DNA of 64,000 bases, from the NCBI GenBank assembly GCA_963725825.1, contig CAVSAI010000029.1, positions 195,765 to 259,764 of the forward strand, in the 5' to 3' direction. How positions within the stretch are numbered: the first letter of the stretch is position 1; the number at the start of each line of letters is the position of its first letter. Both the position numbers and the translations under genes were made by a program. The notes below the pieces were generated by a model, which worked only from the letters and a program-made list of their open reading frames with translations, ran no database searches and was not told the origin of the DNA. The stretch is from Candidatus Aminicenantes bacterium. GTDB taxonomy: Bacteria; Acidobacteriota; Aminicenantia; Aminicenantales; Saccharicenantaceae. Positions 35,637-45,247 of the stretch are shown in pieces.

Positions 35637-37556
35637 TCACGGCATGTCTTGGAGCCGGCCGATGATCGTCCGATTCTGGGCGTTGGCGATGTCCTTGGCC
35701 TCGGGTGTGAACAGGTGGTCGAGCCGGTTCCGGTAAAACTCGGTGATGCGGCTGCGGACCATCTTCATGGTCGAATTGAGAAAGTGGTTCTGCTCTGTAA
35801 AGCCCTCGCCGAGGATCGCGACCGCCGAGGGGAGCCAGCGGGCAGGGAATATCCCGGCGTGAGGGCCCCCGGCACGGAAGGCGTCGATCTGCCGCTCGAT
35901 GAGGCGCAGCGCCCCCTCCTGGCCTGCGGGGGTCTTAGGGCTGAGGCCCTGATCCTTGAGCCAGCGGAGGAGGACTTCCTTGTTCGGCACCAGGAGAGCC
36001 ACGGTGTAAGGCGATTGGTCGTTGTAGAGCATGATCTGCTCGATAGCGGGAGAGGCGTCGGCAACGGCCTCCTCGATCACCTCCGGGCTGTACTTTTCGC
36101 CGTCGCCCCCGATGAGCAGGCTCTTTATCCGTCCGAGAACGTAGAGGAATCCGTCGGCGTCGAGATAGCCGAGATCGCCGGTGTAGAGCCAGCCCTCCCG
36201 GATCGTCTCGCGGGTCGCCTTGTCGTTCTTCCAGTATCCGGCCATGACGTTCTCGCCCCGGACGACGATCTCGCCCGTGCGGCCAGGGAGGAGCTCGGCC
36301 CCCTTGTCGTCGCAGATGCGGACCTCGAGGCCGGGAGCGACCCGCCCGGACGAGCCGAGCTTGTGGGCCTCGAGACTGTTGGCCGATATCACCGGCGCCG
36401 CTTCGGTCAGGCCGTAGCCCTGGAACATGGGGATCCCGAGGGCATAGAAGAAGCGCTGGAGGTCGATGTCGAGAAGCGCGCCGCCGCCAACGAAGAACTC
36501 AAGCCGGCCGCCGAAATTTTCCCGGATCTTGCTGAAGATGAGCTTGTCGTAGACGGCGACGAGCGGCTTCTTCAGCTTCTTCAAGCCATGCCCCTTGTTC
36601 CAGCCCTCGGCGTTGTAGTCGACAGCCAGCTTCATCGCCTTGGCAAAGAGGGCCTCGACCTTGGGCCCCTTGTCCCGGATGCCCTTTTCGATGTTCTTGC
36701 GGAAATTTTTGGCCAGGGCCGGGACGCTCAGGAGAAGGTGAGGACGCGCCTCCCTGATGTTCACCGGGATGTTCCGAAGCGTTTCCATCGGCGACCGGCC
36801 GATCTCGACCGAGGCCATGGCCGCCCCGCTTTTCATCATCGAATAAATGCCGCAGGTGTGGCAGAAGCTGTGGTCCCATGGCAGGATCAGGAGGGAGACA
36901 TAGTGCTCGGGACAATGGACGAGGCCCCGGGACTGCTCGATATTGGCGGTGTAGTTCCGATGAGTGAGGATGATCCCCTTGGGGTCGGCCGTCGTCCCGG
37001 AGGTATAGCAGATATTGGCCGGATCGCTCTCCCTGATGGCGGCCAGCGCCGTGTCGACGACGGCCGGCTGGGCCCTCAGGAGCTCCTGACCGCGGCGCAT
37101 GACCTCGGCGGCCGAGACCTCGTCGGAGGCGGGGGCATCGAACTCGTCCAGGACGACCGTCGTGGCCAGCTCCGGCAGGTCGTTCTTGATCTGCCGGACC
37201 TTGCCCAGCTGAGATCTCGAGACGATGGCCATCCGGCAGCCGGAATGGGCCAGTCGGAACTTGAGGTCGTTCGTCTCGTCGACCTTGACCGAGACCGGGA
37301 CGTTGATGGCTCCCGTCGAGAGGATGCCGAGCTCGGCGACGATCCAGTCCCTGCGGCCCTCGGAAATGAGGGCGGCCCGGTCCCCCCGTCCGAGCCCGAG
37401 GGACATGAGCCCCGCGGCGAATTGGCGGACGAGCGGACGCATGTCCGCATAGGTCGTCGGTGCGTAGCGCGATCCGATCTTCTCCCAGATCAATACGTTC
37501 TCTGGAAAGGAATTGACGCTGTCTTCGAAGAGCCCGGGCAGTGTCCGTTCCGGCAT
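35637..37556 (-). CDS. Long-chain acyl-CoA synthetase (AMP-forming, FadD-like)
   Basis: YTSGTTADPKG AMP-binding motif, plus GYGLTE and TGDLG motifs. 639 aa. Confidence 0.8.
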   Translation of the reverse strand: MPERTLPGLFEDSVNSFPENVLIWEKIGSRYAPTTYADMRPLVRQFAAGLMSLGLGRGDRAALISEGRRDWIVAELGILSTGAINVPVSVKVDETNDLKFRLAHSGCRMAIVSRSQLGKVRQIKNDLPELATTVVLDEFDAPASDEVSAAEVMRRGQELLRAQPAVVDTALAAIRESDPANICYTSGTTADPKGIILTHRNYTANIEQSRGLVHCPEHYVSLLILPWDHSFCHTCGIYSMMKSGAAMASVEIGRSPMETLRNIPVNIREARPHLLLSVPALAKNFRKNIEKGIRDKGPKVEALFAKAMKLAVDYNAEGWNKGHGLKKLKKPLVAVYDKLIFSKIRENFGGRLEFFVGGGALLDIDLQRFFYALGIPMFQGYGLTEAAPVISANSLEAHKLGSSGRVAPGLEVRICDDKGAELLPGRTGEIVVRGENVMAGYWKNDKATRETIREGWLYTGDLGYLDADGFLYVLGRIKSLLIGGDGEKYSPEVIEEAVADASPAIEQIMLYNDQSPYTVALLVPNKEVLLRWLKDQGLSPKTPAGQEGALRLIERQIDAFRAGGPHAGIFPARWLPSAVAILGEGFTEQNHFLNSTMKMVRSRITEFYRNRLDHLFTPEAKDIANAQNRTIIGRLQDMP

Positions 37557-37586
37557 GCGGTCCCTCCTCGGAGCGTGAATTTCCTC

Positions 37587-37615
37587 ATCCTACGTTCTGC
37601 CGGACCGAATGTCAA
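37587..37615 (-). promoter_or_regulatory. Sigma-70-type promoter (TTGACA-N17-TAGGAT) for the acyl-CoA synthetase gene
   Basis: On the minus strand, the -35 is at 37615..37610 and the -10 at 37592..37587. RBS GAGGAGGG precedes ATG 37556. Confidence 0.55.
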
Positions 37616-37775
37616 AGTTCATCCTCCGGGCGTGCGGACCGACTAAACGGATGCGGATAGCAGGGGATTGGACCGCGCCCGGCGCAGGGAAAGGCCGTCA
37701 GGAGCAGGGACCGATGAAGGATCGATCGACCGGCGTCAGAGCGGCGGCCCGGCCTTGTCACCGGGAAGCGGCCCG

Positions 37776-38138
37776 ATGAAGAACAGGCGGCGCGACGTCC
37801 GGGTCATCGAAGAGAACAAGGTCGTTGTTTCTCTGATGACAGGCGAAGTCCGGCCCGGTATCCCGGGTGTCTTTCCTTCCCTGACCCGCGACATCTCGAT
37901 GGGCGGGCTCCGCCTCATGACCGGGGCCCCGCTCGAAGCCGGGTCCCGCGTCCGCGTGGACCTCACGCTCAGCCGCTCCCGGAAACGCGTCAAAGCCGTG
38001 GCCGAGGTGCGCTGGGTCCGCGATCTCTACGGGGGCGAGGTCTTCGAGGCGGGGCTCGAGTTCGTCAGCCTCGACCCGGACGACGAATTCGCCTTGATGG
38101 ACCACATCTTCGGGGGCAAGGACAGCCCTTCGGGCTGA
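37776..38138 (+). CDS. Stand-alone PilZ-domain protein (putative c-di-GMP receptor)
   Basis: RRRDVRV and DISMGGLRL match the RxxxR / DxSxxG PilZ motifs. The start is uncertain (ATG 37776 versus TTG 37668). Confidence 0.6.
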   Translation: MKNRRRDVRVIEENKVVVSLMTGEVRPGIPGVFPSLTRDISMGGLRLMTGAPLEAGSRVRVDLTLSRSRKRVKAVAEVRWVRDLYGGEVFEAGLEFVSLDPDDEFALMDHIFGGKDSPSG

Positions 38139-38151
38139 TCGCGCTCCCGGC

Positions 38152-38180
38152 TTGCATTTCCCCCTGACCTGGGCTACAAA
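38152..38180 (+). promoter_or_regulatory. Sigma-70-type promoter (TTGCAT-N17-TACAAA) for the GH29 operon
   Basis: The -35 is at 38152..38157 and the -10 at 38175..38180. The ATG is at 38212. Confidence 0.4.
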
Positions 38181-38211
38181 TGGTGCGCTCTCTGCCTTAA
38201 AGGAGGCCCCC

Positions 38212-39591
38212 ATGCTCAGAGCGTTCCTCGCCGGTGTTTGCCTGCTGGGGCTGGCCGCGGCCGCGGCCGGGTCTCCGCCCGGGACCGAAACGGAGGCTGC
38301 GAAGGAGGCCCGGATGAGATGGTGGACCGAAGCCCGGTTCGGGATGTTCATCCATTGGGGGCTTTACGCCCTGCCCGCGCGCCACGAGTGGGTCAAGAGC
38401 CGGGAGCGCATGACCGACGGGGACTATGCCCGGTACTTCGACCGCTTCGACCCCGACCTCTACAACCCTCGCGATTGGGCCAGGGCCGCCCGGATGGCCG
38501 GGATGAAGTACTTCGTCGTGACCACGAAGCACCACGACGGCTTCTGCCTCTGGGATTCCAAGCTCACGGACTACAAAGCGACCCGGACGCCCTACGGCAA
38601 AGACCTCATCAAGCCGCTCGTCGAGGCCATGAGGGCCGAAGGGCTCCGCGTGGGCTTCTATCATTCCCTCCTCGACTGGCACCATCCTGAGTACACGATC
38701 GACATGCACCACCCGATGCGCGACGACAAGGCCTTCGTCGAGAAGGCCGGGACGCGCGACCTCGCCAAGTACGACGACTACCTCTTTGACCAGATCAAGG
38801 AGCTCCTGACGGACTACGGCCGGATCGACACCCTGTTCCTCGATTTTTCGTTCCCGGGCTCGAACGGCAAGGGCCGGAACGAGTGGAAGTCCGAGCGTCT
38901 GCTGAAGATGATCCGCGAGCTCCAGCCAGGGATCATCGTTAACGACCGGCTCGACCTCCTCGACGTCCCCGGGGGCTGGGACTACCGGACCCCGGAGCAG
39001 TTCATGCCCCGGGAATGGGTCCGCGTCGACGGCCGGCCCGTGCCCTGGGAAACGTGCCAGACGTTTTCCGGATCCTGGGGCTATGACCGGGACGAAACCA
39101 CTTGGAAGTCCGTCCCTCAGCTCATCGTCATGCTGGCCGAGACGGTCAGCAAGGGCGGCAACCTTCTGCTCAACGTCGGCCCGACGGCGCGAGGCGCTTT
39201 CGACGAGCGGGCCATGGACCGGCTGCGCGGGATCGGGGACTGGATGGACAAGAACGGGCGCGCGATCTACGGCTGCACGCAGGCCCCGGCGGAGTTCCCC
39301 AAGCCCCCCAATTGCCTCCTGACGTACAATCCCGCTGCGGGGCGGCTCTACGTCCACGTGCTCGAGTGGCCGCTCGGGGTCCTGGCCCTTGACGGGTTCG
39401 CCGGCCGGGTCGAATACGCCCAGCTCCTTCACGACGCCTCGGAGATCACGTTCACAGAGAAGGGCGGAGAGACCGGGTTCATGCCCGGCTCGAGGGAGAA
39501 GGGCGGCGAGAACACGCTGACCCTTCGGCTTCCCGTTCTTAAGCCCGGCGTCGAAGTTCCGGTCATCGAGCTCTTCCTGAAGAGGCGTTGA
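38212..39591 (+). CDS. GH29 alpha-L-fucosidase, secreted
   Basis: ATG follows AAGGAGG, with a signal peptide. RFGMFIHWGLYA and TKHHDGFCLWDS motifs. Confidence 0.8.
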   Translation: MLRAFLAGVCLLGLAAAAAGSPPGTETEAAKEARMRWWTEARFGMFIHWGLYALPARHEWVKSRERMTDGDYARYFDRFDPDLYNPRDWARAARMAGMKYFVVTTKHHDGFCLWDSKLTDYKATRTPYGKDLIKPLVEAMRAEGLRVGFYHSLLDWHHPEYTIDMHHPMRDDKAFVEKAGTRDLAKYDDYLFDQIKELLTDYGRIDTLFLDFSFPGSNGKGRNEWKSERLLKMIRELQPGIIVNDRLDLLDVPGGWDYRTPEQFMPREWVRVDGRPVPWETCQTFSGSWGYDRDETTWKSVPQLIVMLAETVSKGGNLLLNVGPTARGAFDERAMDRLRGIGDWMDKNGRAIYGCTQAPAEFPKPPNCLLTYNPAAGRLYVHVLEWPLGVLALDGFAGRVEYAQLLHDASEITFTEKGGETGFMPGSREKGGENTLTLRLPVLKPGVEVPVIELFLKRR

Positions 39592-41468
39592 TGGAGCGAA
39601 GAGGAATCGGTCGTTTCGTTCCGGCACTCGTCGCCGCCGCGATCCTGGCCGTCTCAATAGGGCCTGCGGCTGCACCCGGCGCGGACAAGGACTATTATTT
39701 TTCGCAGGTCCGGGTCGAGGTCGCGATCGAGCGGGACGGATCGTTCCTCGTCGACGAGTTCCGAACGTTCGAGTTCCAGGGCTCTTTCCACTATGCCTTC
39801 ATCGTCATCCCCCTCGGGATCGAAAGGGCCGGCGTCCGCGGGGACGTCAAGATCTCGGATCTCTCCGTGACGGATGAGCAGGGCCGGGCCCTGAAGACCG
39901 AGATCTCCGGGAACGGCCGCGAGCTCACGGCCAAGTGGTTCTATTCCGCTCGGGACGAGCGCCGGACGTTCCATATCCACTATCGTGTCGCCGGCGGCAT
40001 CACCAGCTATCCCGACATTACCGAGTTCTACTGGCAGATCATCGGCGGCGGCTGGGACAAGCCGGCCCGCAACATCCAGGCTACCGTGATCCTTCCCGGA
40101 CCCGTCCCATCGAAGGCCGATCTCCTTGTTTGGGGACACGGGCCGCTGGCCGGCTGGGCCGAGGTCGTCGACGAACGAACGGCCCGCTTTTCGGCGCCGG
40201 ACCTCGCTTCGCGCCAGTACTTCCAGGTCCGTGTCGTCTGGCCGGCGGGGCTCGTCTCCGGCATTCCTTCCGACCGGCCGGCGCTGGCCGCCATCAAGGC
40301 CGAGGAAGAAGGCTATGTCCAGGATACGATCGCTCGGGTCCAAAGAGCCCAAGCCGACGAGGCGGGTCGGAGGCAGGGCTTGGAAGCGACCAAACGGAAA
40401 GCGTTGAAGCTCCTGGGTATCTGGGGGATCTGGCAGATCGTCGGCCCGCTTCTTTGGCTCGTGGTCTTCTTCCGGGTCTGGTCGGCCGCCGGCAAGGACT
40501 ACCGGTTCGGCAGCCTGCCGGACTATGTCCGCGAGATGCCGGCTGTCAGGCCGCCCGCCGTCGTCCAGTCGCTGATGCGCGAGGGGCGGACGGTCACGAC
40601 GACCGCTTTCACGGCAACCATTTTCGACCTGGCCCGGCGGGGCATTCTCGAGATCGAGGACCGGAACGTCTCCAAAAAACGCCTTTTCGGCACCAAGGAG
40701 GTCGTCGAGACGACGATCACGCTCAAGAAGGACCCCGGCGAGGACGCGGGTTTGCTCACTTTCGAGCGCTCGGTCCTGGCCTTCCTTTATGAAGAGCAGG
40801 TCGGCAGGATGTCGAAGGGCGCATCCTTTACGGTCGACCAGCTGCAAGACTATCTGAAGAAGAACCCGCAGAAATTCCAGTCTTGGTACCGGAAATGGAC
40901 CAAGGCGATCAAGGACGAGGTCAAACCGCTCGGCTTCCTCGAGCCCGAAAGCGTCCGCTCCCGGAATCGCTTCTATCTCTTTACCATGCCCGTGGCCGTT
41001 CTGACCCTCAGCCCTGTCCTGTTCATTCTGGCTCTCGGTCTCATCCCGACGCTCACGCGGCGGACAATGAATTGGGCCCGCGAGAACGAGGCCTGGAAGG
41101 GACTCGACCGCTTCCTCGACGACTTCTCCGACTTCAAAGAGATCCCGCCCGAGGCCTACAAGCTCTGGGAATTCTATCTCGTTTTCGGCATCCTCTTCGG
41201 CAACGCCAAGAAGATCCTGAAAATGCTTCCTCTCATCCTCAAGGACGAGCGGGCCGCGGCGCCCGCATGGTACACGGGCTTCGGCCAGCCCAACCTGCTG
41301 ACCAGCGGCGGTTTCGCCCACGTCATCGCCGGCATCGAGCATACCGCCACGGCCATCAGCCAGGCCAGCACTTCGGCGGCCCATTATTCCTCGGGCGGCG
41401 GAGGCGGTTTCAGCGGAGGAGGCGGCGGAGGAGGCGGGGGAGGGGGCGGCGGCGGAGGGGCGGGATGA
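39591..41468 (+). CDS. DUF2207-family membrane protein with poly-glycine C-terminal tail
   Basis: The start overlaps the GH29 stop (TGATG). It has an N-terminal extracytoplasmic domain, several TM helices and a tail SSGGGGGFSGGGGGGGGGGGGGGGAG. Confidence 0.6.
   Translation: MERRGIGRFVPALVAAAILAVSIGPAAAPGADKDYYFSQVRVEVAIERDGSFLVDEFRTFEFQGSFHYAFIVIPLGIERAGVRGDVKISDLSVTDEQGRALKTEISGNGRELTAKWFYSARDERRTFHIHYRVAGGITSYPDITEFYWQIIGGGWDKPARNIQATVILPGPVPSKADLLVWGHGPLAGWAEVVDERTARFSAPDLASRQYFQVRVVWPAGLVSGIPSDRPALAAIKAEEEGYVQDTIARVQRAQADEAGRRQGLEATKRKALKLLGIWGIWQIVGPLLWLVVFFRVWSAAGKDYRFGSLPDYVREMPAVRPPAVVQSLMREGRTVTTTAFTATIFDLARRGILEIEDRNVSKKRLFGTKEVVETTITLKKDPGEDAGLLTFERSVLAFLYEEQVGRMSKGASFTVDQLQDYLKKNPQKFQSWYRKWTKAIKDEVKPLGFLEPESVRSRNRFYLFTMPVAVLTLSPVLFILALGLIPTLTRRTMNWARENEAWKGLDRFLDDFSDFKEIPPEAYKLWEFYLVFGILFGNAKKILKMLPLILKDERAAAPAWYTGFGQPNLLTSGGFAHVIAGIEHTATAISQASTSAAHYSSGGGGGFSGGGGGGGGGGGGGGGAG
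41394..41465 (+). repeat. GGN codon low-complexity tract (poly-Gly tail of the DUF2207 protein)
   Basis: This is a run of ggc/gga/ggg codons in frame with CDS 39591..41468. Confidence 0.9.
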
Positions 41469-41992
41469 CCCGGCGGCCCTTCCGGATGACGGCGGCCGTC
41501 GCGGCCCTCGCCGCGATCGTTTTTTCGGCCTCTGCCTGCGGAAAACCGTCCGACGAATCGACCATACGCGCCATGCTCCGGGAGTCCGTGGCCCGGGCCG
41601 AGAAGAAGGACGCCCGCGGCCTGATGGAGCTCTTCGCGCCCGACTACGTGGATTTCGAGGGCCGCGACCCGGCGGGCACGCTCCGCCTGGTCACCGACTA
41701 CCTCGACCGGTATCGCGGCATCGTCATCCATCTTCTCAGCGCCCGCCTCGGCGAAATCGCGCCCGACGGCCGGGCTTCCGTCGAATGCGAGATCTCCCTT
41801 TCGCACGGGGCGGCCGAGGTCCTGCGCAAGCTCATTCGCTACACCGGCGAATACTATCGCTTCAGGTTCGATCTCCGGAGATCCGGTCCGGGGACATGGC
41901 GGTTCACCTATGCCGAGTGGCAGTCGATCAGCCTGACCGATCTCTTCCCGGAATCGCTCGCGGTCCTGAAAAAGCTGTTTCCGGGCCTGTGA
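41465..41992 (+). CDS. Probable lipoprotein with NTF2/SnoaL-like fold
   Basis: ATGA overlap with the DUF2207 gene. Signal peptide with Cys (VFSASAC). About 150 aa mature protein of alpha+beta character. Confidence 0.5.
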   Translation: MTRRPFRMTAAVAALAAIVFSASACGKPSDESTIRAMLRESVARAEKKDARGLMELFAPDYVDFEGRDPAGTLRLVTDYLDRYRGIVIHLLSARLGEIAPDGRASVECEISLSHGAAEVLRKLIRYTGEYYRFRFDLRRSGPGTWRFTYAEWQSISLTDLFPESLAVLKKLFPGL

Positions 41993-41993
41993 C

Positions 41994-42031
41994 GCGGCCG
42001 GAGGTCCGAAAATCCCGGACGGTCCGGCCGC
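41994..42031 (+). terminator. GC-rich hairpin after the lipoprotein gene
   Basis: gcggccggaggtccg / cggacggtccggccgc form a stem of about 14 bp with one small bulge and loop aaaatcc. It starts 2 nt after stop 41992 and is followed by tt. Confidence 0.5.
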
Positions 42032-42069
42032 TTAGGGCCTCTGATATAATGATGATAGGGAGGCCGAAG

Positions 42070-42336
42070 ATGACCGAAGAAAAAAAAGACGCGAAGACGA
42101 AATTCGAGGAGTTCCGCCTGAACGGAGGCGAGGTCCTCAACAAGGTCAAGGAGATCATCCACGAGGGGAACGCCCGGCGCATCATCCTCAAGGATGAGCA
42201 CGGCAAGATCTTCATGGAGATCCCGCTCACGGTCGGAGTCGTCGGGGCCATCGTCGCGCCCATCCTGGCCGCCGTCGGGGCGATCGCCGCCTTGGCTTCC
42301 AACCTGACGATCGTCGTCGAGAAGATCGAAAGCTGA
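42070..42336 (+). CDS. DUF4342-like small protein
   Basis: ATG follows GGGAGG. RRIILKDEHGKIFMEIPLTVGVVGAIVAPILAAVGAIAAL resembles DUF4342. Confidence 0.55.
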   Translation: MTEEKKDAKTKFEEFRLNGGEVLNKVKEIIHEGNARRIILKDEHGKIFMEIPLTVGVVGAIVAPILAAVGAIAALASNLTIVVEKIES

Positions 42337-42373
42337 CCGGCCGCGGCCGGCGCTTTGCCGCGCCTCCTCTCTG

Positions 42374-42382
42374 TGCTATAAA
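42374..42382 (+). promoter_or_regulatory. Extended -10 (TGcTATAAA) upstream of the GH20 gene
   Basis: tgtgcTATAAA lies 35 nt upstream of ATG 42417, which has RBS GAGGAGGA. Confidence 0.4.
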
Positions 42383-42416
42383 AGGAGCTCCTGACCCTGA
42401 TCGACGAGGAGGACGC

Positions 42417-44492
42417 ATGAAATACTTCTTTGCCCTGACAGCCCTGACCCTCGCCCTGTCCGTGGCCGGGCCTCCGTTGGCCGCGGCGCCGCAGCGGACC
42501 GAAGGCCTCTCGAACCTCATGCCGGTCCCGGCCAGCGTGACCGTCGTCGACGGCCGTTTCCGCGTCAACGAGAGCCTGGCGATCTGCCGCTCGAACGCGC
42601 CCGAGGCCGCAGGCGGGTCGAAGGACCGGACCTTCCGGGCCGCCGCGCGGTTCATGTCGCGCCTGGCCGGACGGACGGGGCTTTTCCTCAAGCAGGACTA
42701 CCTCGCTTCCCAGGCCTCCTCCGGAGAAGGCGGCATCCGCTACAGCTTCGGCCGGGCCGGACGGCTCGTTCCCAACGAAGACGAATCCTACACGCTCACG
42801 GTCGAACCCGGATCGGTCTCTCTCGACGCGAAGACGGATATCGGCGTCCTGAGGGGCCTGGAGACGCTTCTTCAGCTCCTGAGCGCGGACGAGAAAGGCT
42901 ATTACTTTCCGTGCGCCGTCATTTCCGACATGCCGCGCTTCACCTGGCGGGGATTGCTCATCGACGTCGGCCGGCACTTCCAACCTGTGGACGTCATCAA
43001 GAGGAACCTCGACGCCATGGCCGCGGTCAAGATGAACGTCCTTCATCTGCACCTGACCGAAGACCAGGGCTTTCGCGTCGAGTCGAAAGTGTTCCCGAAG
43101 CTCCAGGAGCTCGGCTCCGACGGGATGTTCTTCACCCAGGCCCAGATCCGGGACGTCGTCGAATATGCCGCCGACCGGGGCATCCGGGTCATGCCCGAAT
43201 TCGACCTCCCCGGGCATTCGACGAGCTGGTTCGTCGCCTGTCCCGGGTTCGCCAGCGCCCCCGGCCCCTATGCGATCGAGCGCAAGTTCGGAGTCTTCGC
43301 CCCGACCTTCAACCCGGCCGACGAGCGGATCTATCCCTTCTTCGACGCCTTCTTCAAGGAGATGGCCGGGCTGTTCCCCGATCCCTACCTCCACATCGGC
43401 GGAGACGAGGTCGAAGGCCGCCAGTGGGACGAGAGCCAGGCCATCCAGGCGTTCAAGAAGAAACGCGGCCTCGCCGACAACAACGCCCTTCAGGCTTACT
43501 TCAACAGCCGCCTGCTCAAGATCCTGACCAAGCACGGCAAAAAGATGGTCGGCTGGGACGAGATCTTCCAGCCGAGCCTGCCCAAGGACATCGTTATCCA
43601 ATCCTGGCGCGGAGCGAAGTCCCTCGTCGAGGCGGCCCAGAAAGGATACCAGGCGATCCTGTCCAACGGATATTACATCGACCTCTGCCAGCCGGCCGAG
43701 GTCCACTATCTCAACGATCCTCTGCCGGCCGACTCTCCCCTTGATGACCGCCAAAAGCCCCTCATCCTGGGCGGTGAGGCGACGATGTGGTCCGAGCTCG
43801 TCACCCCGGAAACGATCGACTCCAGGATCTGGCCGCGCACAGCGGCCATCGCCGAGAGGCTCTGGTCTCCGGCCTCGGTCCGGAACGTCGACGATATGTA
43901 CCGCCGGCTCGGCCCGACCTCGCTGGCCCTCGAGGAGCTCGGCCTCCTCCATCTCAAGAACGTGGATATGCTCCTCAGGCGTCTGGCCGGCGGGCCCGGG
44001 ATCAAGCCGTTGAAGCTGCTGGCGGGAGTCGTCGAGCCTCTCAAGGGCTACGAGCGTCACGAACAAGCCCCGTACATGAGCCTCTCTCCTTTCACCCGGT
44101 TCGTCGATGCCTGTGCCCCCGAATCCATGCCGGCCCGGAAATTCAAGGCCGGCGTCGACGGGTTCCTCTCCGGCAGAGACCCCGTGATCGCAGAGGAGCT
44201 CAGGACCGTCCTGAGCTCCTGGCGGGACAACCATCCCCTCGTCCTGCCCTTCCTGGCCGCGTCGCCGGCCTTGAGGGAGATCGAGCCTCTCTCGCTCCAT
44301 CTGACTCGGGCCTGCGAGATCGGACTCGAGGCGCTGGGCCACCTGGCGAAGGGCGAAGGACAGCCCGCGTCGTGGGTGCAGGAGAAGAAGGCCGTTCTGG
44401 CCGAGGCGACCGAGCCGGCCGCCCATGCCCGGCTCGCCGTCGTCGCGGCGATCGGCCGCCTGGTCGAGGCCTGCGGAGGCCAGGCCAAATGA
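42417..44492 (+). CDS. GH20 beta-N-acetylhexosaminidase, secreted
   Basis: Signal peptide present. HLHLTEDQGFR, PEFDLPGH and HIGGDEV catalytic-region motifs. Confidence 0.85.
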   Translation: MKYFFALTALTLALSVAGPPLAAAPQRTEGLSNLMPVPASVTVVDGRFRVNESLAICRSNAPEAAGGSKDRTFRAAARFMSRLAGRTGLFLKQDYLASQASSGEGGIRYSFGRAGRLVPNEDESYTLTVEPGSVSLDAKTDIGVLRGLETLLQLLSADEKGYYFPCAVISDMPRFTWRGLLIDVGRHFQPVDVIKRNLDAMAAVKMNVLHLHLTEDQGFRVESKVFPKLQELGSDGMFFTQAQIRDVVEYAADRGIRVMPEFDLPGHSTSWFVACPGFASAPGPYAIERKFGVFAPTFNPADERIYPFFDAFFKEMAGLFPDPYLHIGGDEVEGRQWDESQAIQAFKKKRGLADNNALQAYFNSRLLKILTKHGKKMVGWDEIFQPSLPKDIVIQSWRGAKSLVEAAQKGYQAILSNGYYIDLCQPAEVHYLNDPLPADSPLDDRQKPLILGGEATMWSELVTPETIDSRIWPRTAAIAERLWSPASVRNVDDMYRRLGPTSLALEELGLLHLKNVDMLLRRLAGGPGIKPLKLLAGVVEPLKGYERHEQAPYMSLSPFTRFVDACAPESMPARKFKAGVDGFLSGRDPVIAEELRTVLSSWRDNHPLVLPFLAASPALREIEPLSLHLTRACEIGLEALGHLAKGEGQPASWVQEKKAVLAEATEPAAHARLAVVAAIGRLVEACGGQAK

Positions 44493-45172
44493 CAGGGCCG
44501 GCGCACGGCGGCGTTCTCCCCGAGCGGCCGTCCTATATCGTCCGGCCCGTCGCCGAGGATTTCCACCCGGGCGATGCGGCGGCGCCCTGGGCCGCCGTCC
44601 CGCCGCTCGCGGTGGGCCACTATCTCTGGCTGAAAAACGGCTACCGCCCCGCGGTCCAGGCCCGGGTTTGCTGGACGCCGCGCTTCGTCTACGTCCGCTT
44701 CGAGGTCGAGGAGAAGCGGGTCCGGGTCAGCTATACGAAGTTCCAGGACCCGGTTTACAAAGACAGCTGCGTCGAGTTCTTCGTCGACGCCTTCCCGGAG
44801 CTCGGGCGGGGCTACGTCAACTTCGAGACGAACGCCATGGGGACGCTGCTCGCGGCCTTCGGCCCGGACCGGTCGCACCGGACGCCGCTCTGGCCCGAGG
44901 ACCTGGCCGATTACGAGGCGGCCGCCTCGATCCGGCACCCGGTCGAGGGCGAATACGGCGCCGATTCCTGGACCCTCGAGTACCGGCTGCCCCTCGGGCT
45001 CTTCCGCAAGCTCTACGGCCGGGAGATCCGGTCCGGGCATCTGGCCTCGGCCAACTTCTATAAGTGCGGCGACGAGACCGATGTGCCCCACTACGGAGCT
45101 TGGAGCCCGGTCGGAACGCCGTCCCCGGATTTTCATCGGCCGGAGTTCTTCGGCGAGCTCGTTTTCGGGTGA
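44489..45172 (+). CDS. CBM9/DOMON-like protein without signal peptide
   Basis: ATGA overlap with the GH20 stop. CVEFFVDAF...YVNFETNAMG...NFYKCGD resembles carbohydrate-binding family 9-like proteins. Confidence 0.5.
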   Translation: MTGPAHGGVLPERPSYIVRPVAEDFHPGDAAAPWAAVPPLAVGHYLWLKNGYRPAVQARVCWTPRFVYVRFEVEEKRVRVSYTKFQDPVYKDSCVEFFVDAFPELGRGYVNFETNAMGTLLAAFGPDRSHRTPLWPEDLADYEAAASIRHPVEGEYGADSWTLEYRLPLGLFRKLYGREIRSGHLASANFYKCGDETDVPHYGAWSPVGTPSPDFHRPEFFGELVFG

Positions 45173-45229
45173 GGGCCGCGGCGACACGGCGGCGCTCCGG
45201 CCATGGCGTGGTCCGGCAAGAGCCGAATG

Positions 45230-45238
45230 TGCTATGAT
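45230..45238 (+). promoter_or_regulatory. Extended -10 (TGcTATGAT) 9 nt upstream of ATG 45248 (leaderless candidate)
   Basis: tgtgcTATGATgcctggctcATG. Confidence 0.4.
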
Positions 45239-45247
45239 GCCTGGCTC

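Noticed and set aside
41384-41806. Minus-strand ORF with a run of about 15 prolines.
   Set aside because: It is the reverse complement of the GGN tract encoding the poly-Gly tail of the DUF2207 protein. There is no independent coding evidence.
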